Shown here: one piece after another, positions 29,481 to 29,905 of the stretch
Numbering within the stretch: position 1 is the stretch's first letter
Layout of the letters: the number at the start of each line of letters is the position of its first letter
Assembly (NCBI GenBank): GCA_019358935.1
Contig: JAHHIK010000005.1
Coordinates: 1 to 29,905, forward strand
Reading direction: 5' to 3'
DNA from: Tolypothrix carrinoi HA7290-LM1
GTDB taxonomy: Bacteria > Cyanobacteriota > Cyanobacteriia > Cyanobacteriales > Nostocaceae
DNA length: 29,905 nt
Translations under genes and position numbers: made by a program
Notes under the pieces: generated by a model
Databases searched by the model: none
Told to the model about the DNA's origin: nothing
What the model saw: only the letters and a program-made list of their open reading frames with translations

Positions 29481-29786
29481 ATGCCGTACAGCCAATTTAC
29501 TATCGATGTCATATCGGAAATATTTGGATTTACTATTTCCGAGAGAATTGGCATGTTTACTGATGTTCCAGCAGTGGAGTATAGCACACTTTTAGCGCAA
29601 ACTCTCAAAGAATATATTCCTTTGGCAGTTGCAATTGGTACAGAAAAAGCACGTTCGGAATTTATTATCGCTCCGATTCTTTTTGAAGTTAAAAAACAAC
29701 TAGCAAATCGGATTAGTCTATTTTCTGGTAAAGAATTTAACGTTGCTCCAGAACAAGGTTTAAGTGGTTTTTGTGATTTTCTAATA
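29481..29786 (+). pseudogene. 5' part of a conserved cyanobacterial PD-(D/E)XK/HsdR-N-like gene, apparently interrupted
   Basis: MPYSQFTIDV...TEKARSEFIIAPILFEV...SLFSGKEFNVAPEQGLSGFCDFLI, after which the frame becomes non-protein-like (Arg/Cys-rich). Not in the ORF track because the frame stays open to the window end. Confidence 0.65.
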
Positions 29787-29905
29787 ACCCAAGTTGCGGG
29801 TTATCGATTGATACGGCTTGTGATCACTCAATTCATGCGATCGCGTACAACAAAGTGGCGTTGGTGCGTAGCGCCAACGTGCCGATGCCGTTGTTACCAG
29901 TATTC
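29787..29905. mobile_element. Probable end of an IS982-family element or derived MITE; runs off the window
   Basis: Begins ACCCAAGTTGCGGGTT, matching the ACCC-type IS982 terminus, exactly where the host reading frame loses family character. GC content rises and there is an internal hairpin GTTGGTGC-GTA-GCGCCAAC. Confidence 0.5.

Noticed and set aside
466..29844. High density of GCGATCGC
   Set aside because: This is the well-known cyanobacterial HIP1 octamer, so it is taxonomic evidence and not a novelty.

Overview
Chromosomal window from a filamentous cyanobacterium, most likely Nostocales. The basis is roughly 35 HIP1 GCGATCGC octamers, heptamer STRR arrays and typical gene content. The left part is a housekeeping block: the 5' part of rpsL, an IscA/HesB gene, a cupin, a phosphodiester-glycosidase-family gene and ferredoxin-dependent glutamate synthase. 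The middle holds a polysaccharide deacetylase and a minus-strand lipid-carrier glycosylation cluster: methyltransferase, GtrB-like GT2, SMR/EamA-type flippase, two PIG-V-like GT-C genes, a DUF2079 gene and a remnant of a third PIG-V-like gene. The right part has dxr, a thioesterase, a TPR-CHAT protease, 6S RNA, DUF1815, DUF2839, a DinG-like protein with degenerate motifs, an M48 peptidase, a Spy/CpxP-like gene, and a nuclease-like gene that appears interrupted by an IS982-type end at the window edge. The signals most worth following up are the GT-C glycosylation system, an unannotated multi-stem RNA candidate at about 4026-4188, tandem NtcA-like boxes at 25220-25288, and several small palindromic mobile repeats, one of them in frame inside glutamate synthase. 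No CRISPR array, tRNA or rRNA was seen. All family assignments come from motif recognition; no database searches were run.
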